Virus record (IMG/VR): IMGVR_UViG_3300020045_015756
Location: 1-44,641 of that record
DNA length: 44,641 nt
DNA from: a virus
Lineage: Duplodnaviria; Caudoviricetes
Reading direction: 5' to 3' (one strand)
Of the stretch, positions 17,939 through 26,212 are shown piece after piece. Every line of letters begins with the position of its first letter. The stretch's first letter is position 1. Made by a program: the position numbers and the translations under genes. The notes below the pieces were generated by a model that worked only from the letters and a program-made list of their open reading frames with translations, did not search any database and was not told where the DNA came from.

Positions 17939-18496
17939 ATGAGGAAATTAATTGGTTCTTTTTTTCTAGCTTTGTGCGCAAGTTGCGCCATAGTAAATGC
18001 TTCCGTATCTGATTTAGATACGCATGGCATATATGCAGGAGACTTCAGTGAGTCTTTTGGTTACGTTTCGGCAGGCTTCGGTCCAATCATACCGGTGCCA
18101 AACGTTGGAATTGGGTATAGACAACGATTTGCTGGCCAGTGGGGTTGGGATAGCGCACTCAACTTCGCAACCGCCGGAGTTGCTCACCATGCAAGCGCTC
18201 AATTACTAGCTCACTATTATCTAAGTGAAAAACAAAATTCTGTTTATATAGGAACAGGAGCGCGATTTGGTGGATTTCTATCCAACCACAGAAACGAAAC
18301 AGCTGGCGTAATGTCAGTGGATTCAGTAATCGGTAAGGCTTTGGCTAACGATGGAGACGGGAACCATTTCATCGAAATGCATGTTTGCACTCCAGGATAC
18401 TGGTCAACAAAGAAAGTGGCAAAGGTTTGCCCGTCGACTTCTCGTAAATTTTCAGCATTACCTCTAGTGTATATTACCTATGGAGTAGGTTTCTAA
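17939..18496 (+). CDS. Secreted outer-membrane beta-barrel protein (moron)
   Basis: Signal peptide, amphipathic strands, terminal YITYGVGF; GAGGT SD; has its own terminator. Confidence 0.7.
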   Translation: MRKLIGSFFLALCASCAIVNASVSDLDTHGIYAGDFSESFGYVSAGFGPIIPVPNVGIGYRQRFAGQWGWDSALNFATAGVAHHASAQLLAHYYLSEKQNSVYIGTGARFGGFLSNHRNETAGVMSVDSVIGKALANDGDGNHFIEMHVCTPGYWSTKKVAKVCPSTSRKFSALPLVYITYGVGF

Positions 18497-18521
18497 TAGG
18501 TACTGAAAATCGAATTTGGTG

Positions 18522-18550
18522 CGAGGTCGTCGAAAGATGGCCTCGTTTAT
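18522..18550 (+). terminator. Intrinsic terminator between convergent genes
   Basis: CGAGGTCGTC-GAAA-GATGGCCTCG followed by TTTAT. Confidence 0.7.
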
Positions 18551-18717
18551 GCTAGTGTTCGTGGCGGCTTACCCATATCTCTTGGCTTGCCAGCTTTCTC
18601 ACTAAACACATCCCTTGGCTTTCCTATGGGATTTCTTACGCCAGTGCCATAGTAATCACCCATGCCGATCTTGTTTGGCGAGGTATGAGACTGTTTTAGA
18701 CCTTTAATTTTTTTCAT
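18547..18717 (-). CDS. 56-aa basic protein (not in ORF track)
   Basis: MKKIKGLKQSHTSPNKIGMGDYYGTGVRNPIGKPR...; shares a motif with 18926-19189. Confidence 0.65.
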   Translation of the reverse strand: MKKIKGLKQSHTSPNKIGMGDYYGTGVRNPIGKPRDVFSEKAGKPRDMGKPPRTLA

Positions 18718-18719
18718 AA

Positions 18720-18929
18720 TCAACCAGCTTTATGATAAAAAAGAGACCAGTAAACAGTTGCCAACTTAAAATCGTAATCCCCATCCCACCAGTGTGTATG
18801 GGCATCTTTTTGACAACAATCTAACCATTCTGGCCATTCTTCCAATAAGTCTCCGCCCTCTCTACTCTTACGAGTAATAAGCTGATGCTTATCAGAAGGT
18901 TTTTTCTCCTGAAAAGGGACCCATCTCAT
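18720..18929 (-). CDS. Hypothetical protein (Trp-rich, 69 aa)
   Basis: ATGA-coupled to the upstream gene. Confidence 0.6.
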   Translation of the reverse strand: MRWVPFQEKKPSDKHQLITRKSREGGDLLEEWPEWLDCCQKDAHTHWWDGDYDFKLATVYWSLFYHKAG

Positions 18930-19189
18930 TGCTGAACATCAATTGGTAGATTTTCACGAGACATATCATATTCGCTTAATATGGTTCTTGCCTTGTTCGG
19001 CAAACATTCCACTTCTAGCTTGCCATTTGCCTTATGACCAACAGGCTGCTTCATTCCAACACCATAATGAGAGCCAGCATTTGTGTAGCAACTTGTCCTA
19101 GAATCATAATCAGGCATACGAAAATCCCAAGGATTTTTCTTTTCCTGTGTTTTTTTAGGCTGTAGAGGGCCTGGGAATCCTGTTTTCAT
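18926..19189 (-). CDS. Hypothetical protein (87 aa)
   Basis: AAGGA SD; GSHYGVGMKQPVG motif. Confidence 0.7.
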   Translation of the reverse strand: MKTGFPGPLQPKKTQEKKNPWDFRMPDYDSRTSCYTNAGSHYGVGMKQPVGHKANGKLEVECLPNKARTILSEYDMSRENLPIDVQQ

Positions 19190-19204
19190 AAGTATCCTTA
19201 TAAG

Positions 19205-19235
19205 TAAAAGAGTTGTCCGGAATTACCGGACAACT
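19205..19235 (-). terminator. Intrinsic terminator
   Basis: AGTTGTCCGG-AATTA-CCGGACAACT, a perfect 10-bp stem followed by CTTTT on the minus strand. Confidence 0.7.
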
Positions 19236-19237
19236 GA

Positions 19238-19459
19238 CTAGTTTCTATAGTTAGGCTTCATAGGACGTGCCTTAACCTGTCTATTTCCCTCTACCTGTTG
19301 TGCTTTGATAGTTTCTGTTGTGTCTTCATAACGACTAACTTCTCCAGCACCTTCAGCTGAACTTTCAGCCTTCACCATATGTGGACCATCTGGGAATACA
19401 TATCCCTTTTTTGCTGATCCAACCCACGAACTGTGGTCATTTATTTTCTGTCCTGCCAT
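19238..19459 (-). CDS. Hypothetical protein downstream of portal (73 aa)
   Basis: GGAGG SD. Confidence 0.75.
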   Translation of the reverse strand: MAGQKINDHSSWVGSAKKGYVFPDGPHMVKAESSAEGAGEVSRYEDTTETIKAQQVEGNRQVKARPMKPNYRN

Positions 19460-19514
19460 TTTAAACCTCCGGAGTTAACGGCCTATTTTTCTTTTCATAC
19501 ACTAAAATTATTAA

Positions 19515-21653
19515 TTATGCATTTATTTCTTGCATGCTAGGTTGTTGTTCTGGCATTGTCTGTGAAATTCCACCCTGCTGTCCTAATAATTTTTGCATAA
19601 AGTCGTTAGATTGAGACGTCATCTTCGCATCTAACTTCTCCCTATCCTCACTCTGTTGCTGCATATAATCAAAAGACTCAATCTGTCCAAGCTTAAGCAT
19701 CGCCTCTATTTCACCATATTTACCAATCACATCTATAAGCTTTTCAAGAGCTTCCATCTTATCTTTTGTAGCAAGGGCCCTGTTTCTTGTAATTTCACTC
19801 AACCTTTCTTCAAACAGTCCAACATCAGCTTCTGCCCTACCATGTCTTTCTCTTGCCATAGCTATATTAGCCGTTGCCTTAGAGTAGAGTTCTTTAAGTT
19901 TTGCATCTTCAAACGCATGCTGTAGGTCTTGAGCCTGCTGTTGAGCCATAGAAGCCTGCTGTTCTTGTTGCTGAAGAAATTGAATCATTTCCCCTTTTCC
20001 TGTGATGTTTAGTTTAGGCACAATCATAGACGGAGGGAAAACTTCTCTTTGAAACTGGGCGTTAATTTCGAACATTTGCTGCGCCTGTAAATTCTGTTGA
20101 GTGGGCGTCAGATCGCTTTCTTCTACAACGACCTGGTATTTTGAGAATATCCTGCTGTAGAAATAAGGAGAAGGGTCTTCGCCAATATAAAGCTGTACTT
20201 TTTCAGCATTCCAATTATTAAGAACCATTGCAAGTAATCGCTCACCCAATAATTTATCCGAGAAGTCCCATTGATCAAAATATTTCTGAAACACCATTAA
20301 GTTAGCGGCTGATTTAAGAAGTGATGTAAGGGCAGATATTTGCTTATCGCTTTGACCGGCCCAATTCTCCATATTAACGCCAGAGGTGTTGTAGATAAGA
20401 TCTGCCATCTGTTGCGCTAAAGCAAGGTCAGATTCAGGAACTGCGCTAGGAACAATCTTCTCAACATCACTTAATTCGTAGCCCTCATTGATAATGACAT
20501 CCCAGCCTTGACCCGACTTTTTCAGGTTATCCTCATTAGCGACGGCACCGACCTTTCTCTTCCAACCAGCGTTAATCGTAGCCGCTGCTATATCATTATT
20601 CTGTATAACCTTATAGTTAAACAGGAATTGCGGGTCTCTCATGGTGCGAACTAAAGATCTTACACGTAAGTCATACTGACTAATATGGGGTTCATAGTTC
20701 CAATAATAAGGAACAAATGGACAACCATCGAACCCGAGAGGATTATCTCCCTGGAACATCAGCTGATCATTTAAAACAACGGCCAGCTTCCAGCACGGCA
20801 CCTCAACCGACACTTCCTCTAAATCAGGAATGCCATAAAGAATGGCTTCAAGCTGGGAATCTCCACCTGCAAAATCAAAAAACTGATTTCTCTGAGCGCT
20901 GTATAATTTTTTTTTCTTCTTTTTCCACTTATACCAAACATAACTAAGAATCATGAGATCATTTCTAGCCATATTGTAGTTTTCTGGAAGGAAGTAGAAC
21001 CTGCCATATGTCTGAGGAGACCCCTGCATAGGCTTAACCATATTCACTTTATCAGGGAACCTAGCATCTGCTTCTTGTTTGCTTATGTACTCCTGGCACC
21101 ACACAAACTGTGCATCTGACATATCCGGATTACGGAAAAACGGATCAACTAAGAAGGAGTTGTACTCCCACACCTTTATCTTAGCCTCTCCCTGAGCAGG
21201 ATCATTCCCATTAAAGTCCAGATATGGTTGAACAAGAACCATTCCGGACACCGCCGATAGCTCCTTTGCTTTAGAACGCAACTCATGAAGATTCCCCGCA
21301 TTGGCTATATGAGTTACAAGACGAGTATACTGATCTGTTGTTTGAGAGTCCCCGCCCTCTGTCGCCACATAGGAAAACGTCTTTCTGTGCTGTCTCTCAT
21401 AACCAGTAATCATATTTACTGGCTGCTGGATCAGATTGAAGTAATATTGCTGAAATGACGTACTAGGACTGAAATTAAAATACCGATTCACAAATGATTG
21501 GGAACCAGCATAAAACAGAGTGTCTATATTGGATTGATTCCATCTAGATTGCTCTATAGGCTGAAATTTGGAATACAAATTATCTAGCCACGCACGGACG
21601 TTTCCCTGCGAGGGCTCACTTGAATCATTCCAGGGGGGATAATAGAAAGTAAT
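19515..21653 (-). CDS. Portal protein (P22-like, with long C-terminal coiled coil)
   Basis: FNLIQQPVNMITGYER, PFVPYY and SLVRTMRDPQ motifs; Q-rich C-terminus. Start is probably ATT 21653 (the track uses TTG 21578). Confidence 0.85.
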   Translation of the reverse strand: MTFYYPPWNDSSEPSQGNVRAWLDNLYSKFQPIEQSRWNQSNIDTLFYAGSQSFVNRYFNFSPSTSFQQYYFNLIQQPVNMITGYERQHRKTFSYVATEGGDSQTTDQYTRLVTHIANAGNLHELRSKAKELSAVSGMVLVQPYLDFNGNDPAQGEAKIKVWEYNSFLVDPFFRNPDMSDAQFVWCQEYISKQEADARFPDKVNMVKPMQGSPQTYGRFYFLPENYNMARNDLMILSYVWYKWKKKKKKLYSAQRNQFFDFAGGDSQLEAILYGIPDLEEVSVEVPCWKLAVVLNDQLMFQGDNPLGFDGCPFVPYYWNYEPHISQYDLRVRSLVRTMRDPQFLFNYKVIQNNDIAAATINAGWKRKVGAVANEDNLKKSGQGWDVIINEGYELSDVEKIVPSAVPESDLALAQQMADLIYNTSGVNMENWAGQSDKQISALTSLLKSAANLMVFQKYFDQWDFSDKLLGERLLAMVLNNWNAEKVQLYIGEDPSPYFYSRIFSKYQVVVEESDLTPTQQNLQAQQMFEINAQFQREVFPPSMIVPKLNITGKGEMIQFLQQQEQQASMAQQQAQDLQHAFEDAKLKELYSKATANIAMARERHGRAEADVGLFEERLSEITRNRALATKDKMEALEKLIDVIGKYGEIEAMLKLGQIESFDYMQQQSEDREKLDAKMTSQSNDFMQKLLGQQGGISQTMPEQQPSMQEINA

Positions 21654-21730
21654 GGCAACCTCCAGACAAGAACAGTCCTTAAATTGCCAACATACATAAA
21701 AATATTTATTGAATCAATACATTATGTGTT

Positions 21731-22015
21731 CTATATATATATTTTACGCATTTTGGGCCTTTCAAGAGTTAGATGCTCTGGATTAAAGCACTTAGGGTTT
21801 TGACACTTAGAGTACACGCTATCTGGAGCTCCCCCATAAGAAAAGCAAATAAGATACATGCACCTTCTTAAGGACATACTTCTCTTCTTCCATGTAGTCA
21901 TTGGGGTTTTCTTATCGCCCACATGACCTCTCCATATCCAACAACCGTCCACTATTCTCATTTTGGAGACCAGTTCTTCATACTTCTTTTTTGCATCTGG
22001 GTCTGAGATATTCAC
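21731..22015 (-). CDS. HNH-type endonuclease-like protein, possibly degenerate
   Basis: GCWIWRG and CQNPKCFNPEHL motifs; GAGGA SD with GTG start. Confidence 0.65.
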   Translation of the reverse strand: MNISDPDAKKKYEELVSKMRIVDGCWIWRGHVGDKKTPMTTWKKRSMSLRRCMYLICFSYGGAPDSVYSKCQNPKCFNPEHLTLERPKMRKIYI

Positions 22016-22097
22016 GAGTAAATCCTCAAGTGGTTTTTCACCACCTATATGGCATTATCCAGTAATTATATAAACTACTTTTTTCAAGGGGGCGTAC

Positions 22098-22139
22098 GTT
22101 ACATGACTTACATATGAAAGTTATATGATAGTTACATAA
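22098..22139. repeat. 11-bp phased repeats, candidate partition centromere
   Basis: GTTACATGA, TACATATGA, GTTATATGA and GTTACATAA at 22098, 22109, 22120 and 22131. Confidence 0.45.
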
Positions 22140-22180
22140 CAATCGAATAAATATCATACAACTGTGATATGTGAATAGTA

Positions 22181-22483
22181 TTAGTCTCCGAAGTGAACAG
22201 GCGGCCAGTCCGGAAATATTTTCAGTTTAATGGCCTCATGAAACCTTTGAGCAATATACGTGCCGCTGGCGCGATCATAGTGTCTGGTCCACTTCCTTCC
22301 ATCGCCAAGCATGTTACTAAACACTAACTCTGTAGCGCTTCCTTCTTCCTGAACCCACCCACAACTGGAATGCTCAGCGATAATTTCCTGCTCTGTTTGC
22401 CCAGAACCAACAATCGGAGACTCGGAATAGGACCTGGAAGATCTAATCTCTCTATAACTTGAACCACCTACTGGAGTTGCCAT
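22181..22483 (-). CDS. Hypothetical protein (100 aa)
   Basis: AGGAG SD. Confidence 0.65.
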   Translation of the reverse strand: MATPVGGSSYREIRSSRSYSESPIVGSGQTEQEIIAEHSSCGWVQEEGSATELVFSNMLGDGRKWTRHYDRASGTYIAQRFHEAIKLKIFPDWPPVHFGD

Positions 22484-22516
22484 AACTTCTCCTGTTTAAT
22501 AATTCCATTATAATAC

Positions 22517-22717
22517 TCACTGTTTCTTATTCCTTTCCTCTATAGCACAAAGCCTGCCGTGAAAGTCCCTAGACTCCTTCTGAATTTCCTGCCTCCACCC
22601 CCGAACCTCTGTTTCAAAGGACTTCATGTCTGATCTAAGCCAAGATATCAATGCTATATTGGAACCAACTACAGTAACTATAGTTCCAGCAGCTGTCAAT
22701 AAAGTGCCTGTGTCCAT
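22517..22717 (-). CDS. Single-TM coiled-coil protein with DFHGRLCAIEE tail
   Basis: Starts MDTGT at 22717 directly after the RHH gene; C-terminus shared with 43038-43289. Confidence 0.75.
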   Translation of the reverse strand: MDTGTLLTAAGTIVTVVGSNIALISWLRSDMKSFETEVRGWRQEIQKESRDFHGRLCAIEERNKKQ

Positions 22718-22718
22718 A

Positions 22719-22934
22719 TTAACCCCCCATTCTCTGCAGTCTATCCGAAATTGCTTCACGAATCCAGGCATTTCTTGATACCCCCTCATCCCTTATGGCG
22801 TCTATCCTTCTCATCATGTTTTTTGGCATCCTGACGCACACGTCCACACTATCGGTGGTTCTCGCGCCCCTATCAGACACAACATCGGCCCCCTTTTTAA
22901 TAAACTCGGTCTCTATCTTCTTCGTTATTGTCAT
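22719..22934 (-). CDS. Ribbon-helix-helix protein, ParA partner (ParG/CopG-like)
   Basis: VCVRMPKNMMRRID...VSRNAWIREAI with a flexible N-terminus; directly after parA. Confidence 0.8.
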   Translation of the reverse strand: MTITKKIETEFIKKGADVVSDRGARTTDSVDVCVRMPKNMMRRIDAIRDEGVSRNAWIREAISDRLQRMGG

Positions 22935-22941
22935 ATGACTC

Positions 22942-23595
22942 CTATATTATATTTATATCGTTTTCATATACCCTATTGTACAGAACCATCATTTCCTGAA
23001 CGGCCCTTCTGTCTACTGGCTTAGATTCAATGATAGACTTGCCCTCTGTTGCTGTGTTGCTGAATACCTTGCGGTTAGCTATACAGATGTCCACAACACC
23101 AAAAAAACCCTCTTCATTAAGAATGCCAAGAGCGCCCTCGTTATCTTTTCCTATTGCATCCGCCTGATTTAAGAATATACAGTATTTGAGAGAGGGATTG
23201 ATTGCCATTGTCTCGTGGATAAGTGACCTAACCTTGCCAAGAGTCCATACGTCATAGGCCCTTGGCTTAAACGGCACAAGGAACATGTTGGCAATAGACA
23301 GCGCACTACGCTGGGATGTGGTGTCTCGTCCACCAGCATCAATGATGACGTCGTCATAGTGTGAGACTAGTTTTAAAACCTGTGAATTAAGGGATACCCC
23401 GGATAACTGTACCGTGGTCCATGTAGATGGGATCTTTAGGCTTTCTCGCTGCTCAGCCCAATCGGAGGCGCTCCTCTGTTCGTCGGCATCAACTAGCAAG
23501 ACTTTCTTACCAGTTGATGCTCGCATAACCGTTAGGTTGGTTGCGATGGTCGTCTTGCCAGAACCGCCCTTGATGCCGCCTACTACTATAATCAT
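22942..23595 (-). CDS. parA: Plasmid-type partition ATPase ParA (short type Ib)
   Basis: Deviant Walker A KGGSGKTT, LLVDADEQ, VIIDAGG; 217 aa with no N-terminal HTH. Confidence 0.92.
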   Translation of the reverse strand: MIIVVGGIKGGSGKTTIATNLTVMRASTGKKVLLVDADEQRSASDWAEQRESLKIPSTWTTVQLSGVSLNSQVLKLVSHYDDVIIDAGGRDTTSQRSALSIANMFLVPFKPRAYDVWTLGKVRSLIHETMAINPSLKYCIFLNQADAIGKDNEGALGILNEEGFFGVVDICIANRKVFSNTATEGKSIIESKPVDRRAVQEMMVLYNRVYENDINII

Positions 23596-23657
23596 GCATG
23601 TCTCATATCAGGATTGTATAACTATAGTATCAAACATGTATGATGTCCATAGGTTTT

Positions 23658-23792
23658 TCAGCGCTCTTTTCTATCGTGACTGTGATTTTTAGTACGGTTC
23701 GACCCCTTTCGGAACTCCTTAAACATAAATAGATGCATTATCCACATGGAGCCAATAATTGAAACATATGCTACAATAAACTTGATTAACAT
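23658..23792 (-). CDS. 44-aa single-TM protein, paralogue of 23801-24034 (not in ORF track)
   Basis: MLIKFIVAYVSIIGSMWIMHLFMFKE... matches the F-I-x-x-x-x-x-x-x-GSM-x-x-M-x-x-FM-x-K pattern. Confidence 0.5.
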   Translation of the reverse strand: MLIKFIVAYVSIIGSMWIMHLFMFKEFRKGSNRTKNHSHDRKER

Positions 23793-23800
23793 TTTACGAA

Positions 23801-24034
23801 TCAGTGTGTTGTGTCATTGCTAATAGACCTAGATAGAATTACACGATACAAACCATCTAGACGATTGTGTATCTCCCTTACTTCTTTTCTAAATTCTTGC
23901 TGCTCGGCCTTGTATTCTTTCTGATCCTGCTCTAACAGGTCTACTCTTTTATGCGTATCCTTAAGCATAAACTTAAGCATTCCATACATAGAGCCAACGA
24001 CAGTTGCGACCCCTGCGATAAATTGTAGATCCAT
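23801..24034 (-). CDS. Single-TM coiled-coil protein
   Basis: AAGGAG SD; TM segment followed by heptad repeats. Confidence 0.75.
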   Translation of the reverse strand: MDLQFIAGVATVVGSMYGMLKFMLKDTHKRVDLLEQDQKEYKAEQQEFRKEVREIHNRLDGLYRVILSRSISNDTTH

Positions 24035-24073
24035 GATTTTCTCCTTTCTGCATATGTGTGTGGCAGTATTATA

Positions 24074-24349
24074 CTATAAACTCAACATGATATCCATATG
24101 AAGGTTCTGTGTTTTAGGAGGAGGTGGTAGTGGCATCCAGTGGGTAATTTCCCACCTGTCCATAGAATACTCTATGTCATGATAAGCGCCGACGCACAAG
24201 TTACCAAGCAGTTCCCAAACATCATATTCGTGCACAAGTCGTGCGATAGCTACTGGTCTAGGCTCATTTGTTCCTTTATTATCCGCAAACACTAACACGA
24301 AGTCGTATAGATATGGCAACCTATCCTTAACACTTATCCACTCACTCAT
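24074..24349 (-). CDS. DUF551-family phage protein
   Basis: MSEWISVKDRLP...ITHWMPLPPPP signature. Confidence 0.85.
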   Translation of the reverse strand: MSEWISVKDRLPYLYDFVLVFADNKGTNEPRPVAIARLVHEYDVWELLGNLCVGAYHDIEYSMDRWEITHWMPLPPPPKTQNLHMDIMLSL

Positions 24350-24575
24350 CTCGTTCCTTATCCCCATAGGGAGCATAGAAAAAATCATCAGAATTCTGGC
24401 GAATTGATTTCATTATCGAAGAAACCTGCTCCGCATCCATTGATAATATTATCGCGATTTCTTCTGGGGTTTTTCCCTGCTTATAAAGAAATAGAATGAC
24501 ACCTGCCCTGGCTTTTAGGAATGCTTCCCATATGTGTAGTTTAATGTAACAGCTCATATAATCCTTGGTGGCCAT
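24342..24575 (-). CDS. Small HTH-like DNA-binding protein
   Basis: LYKQGKTPEEIAIILSM..EQV. Confidence 0.55.
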   Translation of the reverse strand: MATKDYMSCYIKLHIWEAFLKARAGVILFLYKQGKTPEEIAIILSMDAEQVSSIMKSIRQNSDDFFYAPYGDKERDE

Positions 24576-24608
24576 TCTGGTTTTTTAACTTGACATTCAG
24601 TACACATG

Positions 24609-24704
24609 TTATTCTTTTGGTGATAGAGGAAGAGGCATAAATTTAAGCATTCCATACATAGACCCAATGATTGAGGCCACTCCAGCTATAAATTGTATAC
24701 CCAT
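24609..24704 (-). pseudogene. Truncated paralogue of 23801-24034 ending in a DUF551-like MPLP tail (31 aa)
   Basis: DNA similarity to ~23965-24047, including the SD. Confidence 0.55.
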
Positions 24705-24741
24705 TGTGTTCTCCTTTTTACCTATGAGTATAGCATGAAAG

Positions 24742-25056
24742 CTATATAATATCCATATCTTCCCCCCACTCGGCATTCTCCTTGAAAACCAGCTCATTCA
24801 TCCTCTTAATTATCTGGTCTAGGCTAGGATTTACTCCACCCTCTATGGCCAAGTCCATCAAGGCCTTTTCTCTCAAGCCCATTATCTGACACTTCTGCAT
24901 CCAGAAGAATCCAACCTCTTGAGCCTCTTCTAATGTTTCACAGTCATAAGGATTTTTTGTTTTCATTTTATAAGAGTCGGAAACAATATCAGAGCCAAAA
25001 CGGTGACACTCGCATTCTGTCGCATGCTCCGCACATTTATCGCATTCACCACTCAT
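24742..25056 (-). CDS. Hypothetical protein with an N-terminal Cys/His cluster
   Basis: MSGECDKCAEHATECEC; GGAG SD. Confidence 0.65.
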   Translation of the reverse strand: MSGECDKCAEHATECECHRFGSDIVSDSYKMKTKNPYDCETLEEAQEVGFFWMQKCQIMGLREKALMDLAIEGGVNPSLDQIIKRMNELVFKENAEWGEDMDII

Positions 25057-25088
25057 TCCATTAACTCCATAAAAAACCTGCTTTGGCA

Positions 25089-25313
25089 CTAATCCATTCC
25101 ATTTTGTTCCTTCCTTGGCGGATACTGAGGAACCTCTACATAATGAGTAACATCTAGCAACAGGTTTAGTTTACAACTTGAGTCGAACAAAATCCAGACA
25201 TTGCTAGCTTGAATATATCTGGCCATCACATGCCACATCCACCCGTTTTCATTGCCCACCATGGCGATGATATCTGTTTGTGGTGGGTTGGTTTTGGCGT
25301 TAATCCATTCCAT
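25089..25313 (-). CDS. DUF551-like protein
   Basis: MEWINAKTNPP...VTHYVEVPQYP. Confidence 0.65.
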   Translation of the reverse strand: MEWINAKTNPPQTDIIAMVGNENGWMWHVMARYIQASNVWILFDSSCKLNLLLDVTHYVEVPQYPPRKEQNGMD

Positions 25314-25509
25314 CTGTATTCTTTTCTTGGGGTTTATATTTTTCCTCAACCCAGCCCACGGTAAAATCGTAGATTTGTTGGATCGAGCATCGGTTGGCAT
25401 CTTCTTTCTGAAGCTCAATTACTAGATCATAGGCAAATCGACATAGTAGTGACTTGGTCCTATCTTTATTTATTTCATGAATTAAAGCTAATTTTTCAGT
25501 CGGTGTCAT
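25300..25509 (-). CDS. Hypothetical protein (69 aa)
   Basis: Probable start MTPTEK, overlapping the upstream gene. Confidence 0.55.
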   Translation of the reverse strand: MTPTEKLALIHEINKDRTKSLLCRFAYDLVIELQKEDANRCSIQQIYDFTVGWVEEKYKPQEKNTDGMD

Positions 25510-25744
25510 TCTGTAACCGACTTTGATTGCTACGAAAAAATTCCAACTCCCTCTTATTTTTAAGCGCGTCGAAAGAAAATGTTTCTGGAGACAAAACATA
25601 TTTTCTTTCATTTTCCTCACAGAACTTAACAGCATCATCGTATGAGGCGAAACTGGATATAAATTGCTTTATTCTCTTTCTTCTGATCATCACCCTCCAG
25701 GTTGTCGATCCATCCTTGTTAACGCGAGGAAAAATTGATGCCAT
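25496..25744 (-). CDS. Stand-alone integrase arm-binding / AP2-like domain protein
   Basis: MASIFPRVNKDGSTTWRVMIRRK...SSF...DA..F pattern; no catalytic domain. Confidence 0.6.
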   Translation of the reverse strand: MASIFPRVNKDGSTTWRVMIRRKRIKQFISSFASYDDAVKFCEENERKYVLSPETFSFDALKNKRELEFFRSNQSRLQNDTD

Positions 25745-25754
25745 AAATCCACCC

Positions 25755-26033
25755 CTATCTATTCCCAGAAACGAAATCACAGATCATCGCTTCAACCTCA
25801 GCCATTATCTTATCAGCCTCGGCGTCCCTCTCTTCCTGTGTCACACCTTTTTGACGTGATTCGTCTAATATCTCATCAAACTTCTCGTCGCTCATACCAC
25901 CATGCCTGCACAACGTCCTCATGAAGTATTCTGATTCAAGAGCCTCAGCACATGACATGCTTCCAAATGGTTCCAAAGTATCTGATAATGCCTTAGAAAA
26001 TAATCTAGTTCCTTCGTTTTTCTTTTTTTTCAT
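25755..26033 (-). CDS. Hypothetical protein (92 aa)
   Basis: GGAG SD. Confidence 0.65.
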   Translation of the reverse strand: MKKKKNEGTRLFSKALSDTLEPFGSMSCAEALESEYFMRTLCRHGGMSDEKFDEILDESRQKGVTQEERDAEADKIMAEVEAMICDFVSGNR

Positions 26034-26054
26034 AAATACAACTCCAGGTATATA

Positions 26055-26212
26055 ACAAAAAAACCTGCTTTGGCGCTAACCAGGCTGCAGGCTGCCTGAT
26101 ACTAGACTGATCCACCTTTCCGCGTAAACGGTCAGATGGGCACTAACCCTAAGTAGTATCACAGATAGGGGGCCGTTAACGAAGAGGCCATACACGTTCC
26201 GCGCTTGGAAAT
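26055..26212 (-). ncRNA. Candidate structured RNA / attenuator ending in an intrinsic terminator
   Basis: Stems 26097-104/26154-161, 26107-110/26132-135, 26171-189 and 26197-210; terminator 26064-26091 plus a U7 tract. Confidence 0.45.

Noticed and set aside
26097-26161. Hammerhead ribozyme, tRNA or known riboswitch
   Set aside because: CUGA and GAAA are present but the CUGANGA core is missing; no T-loop/cloverleaf and no aptamer consensus I recognise.
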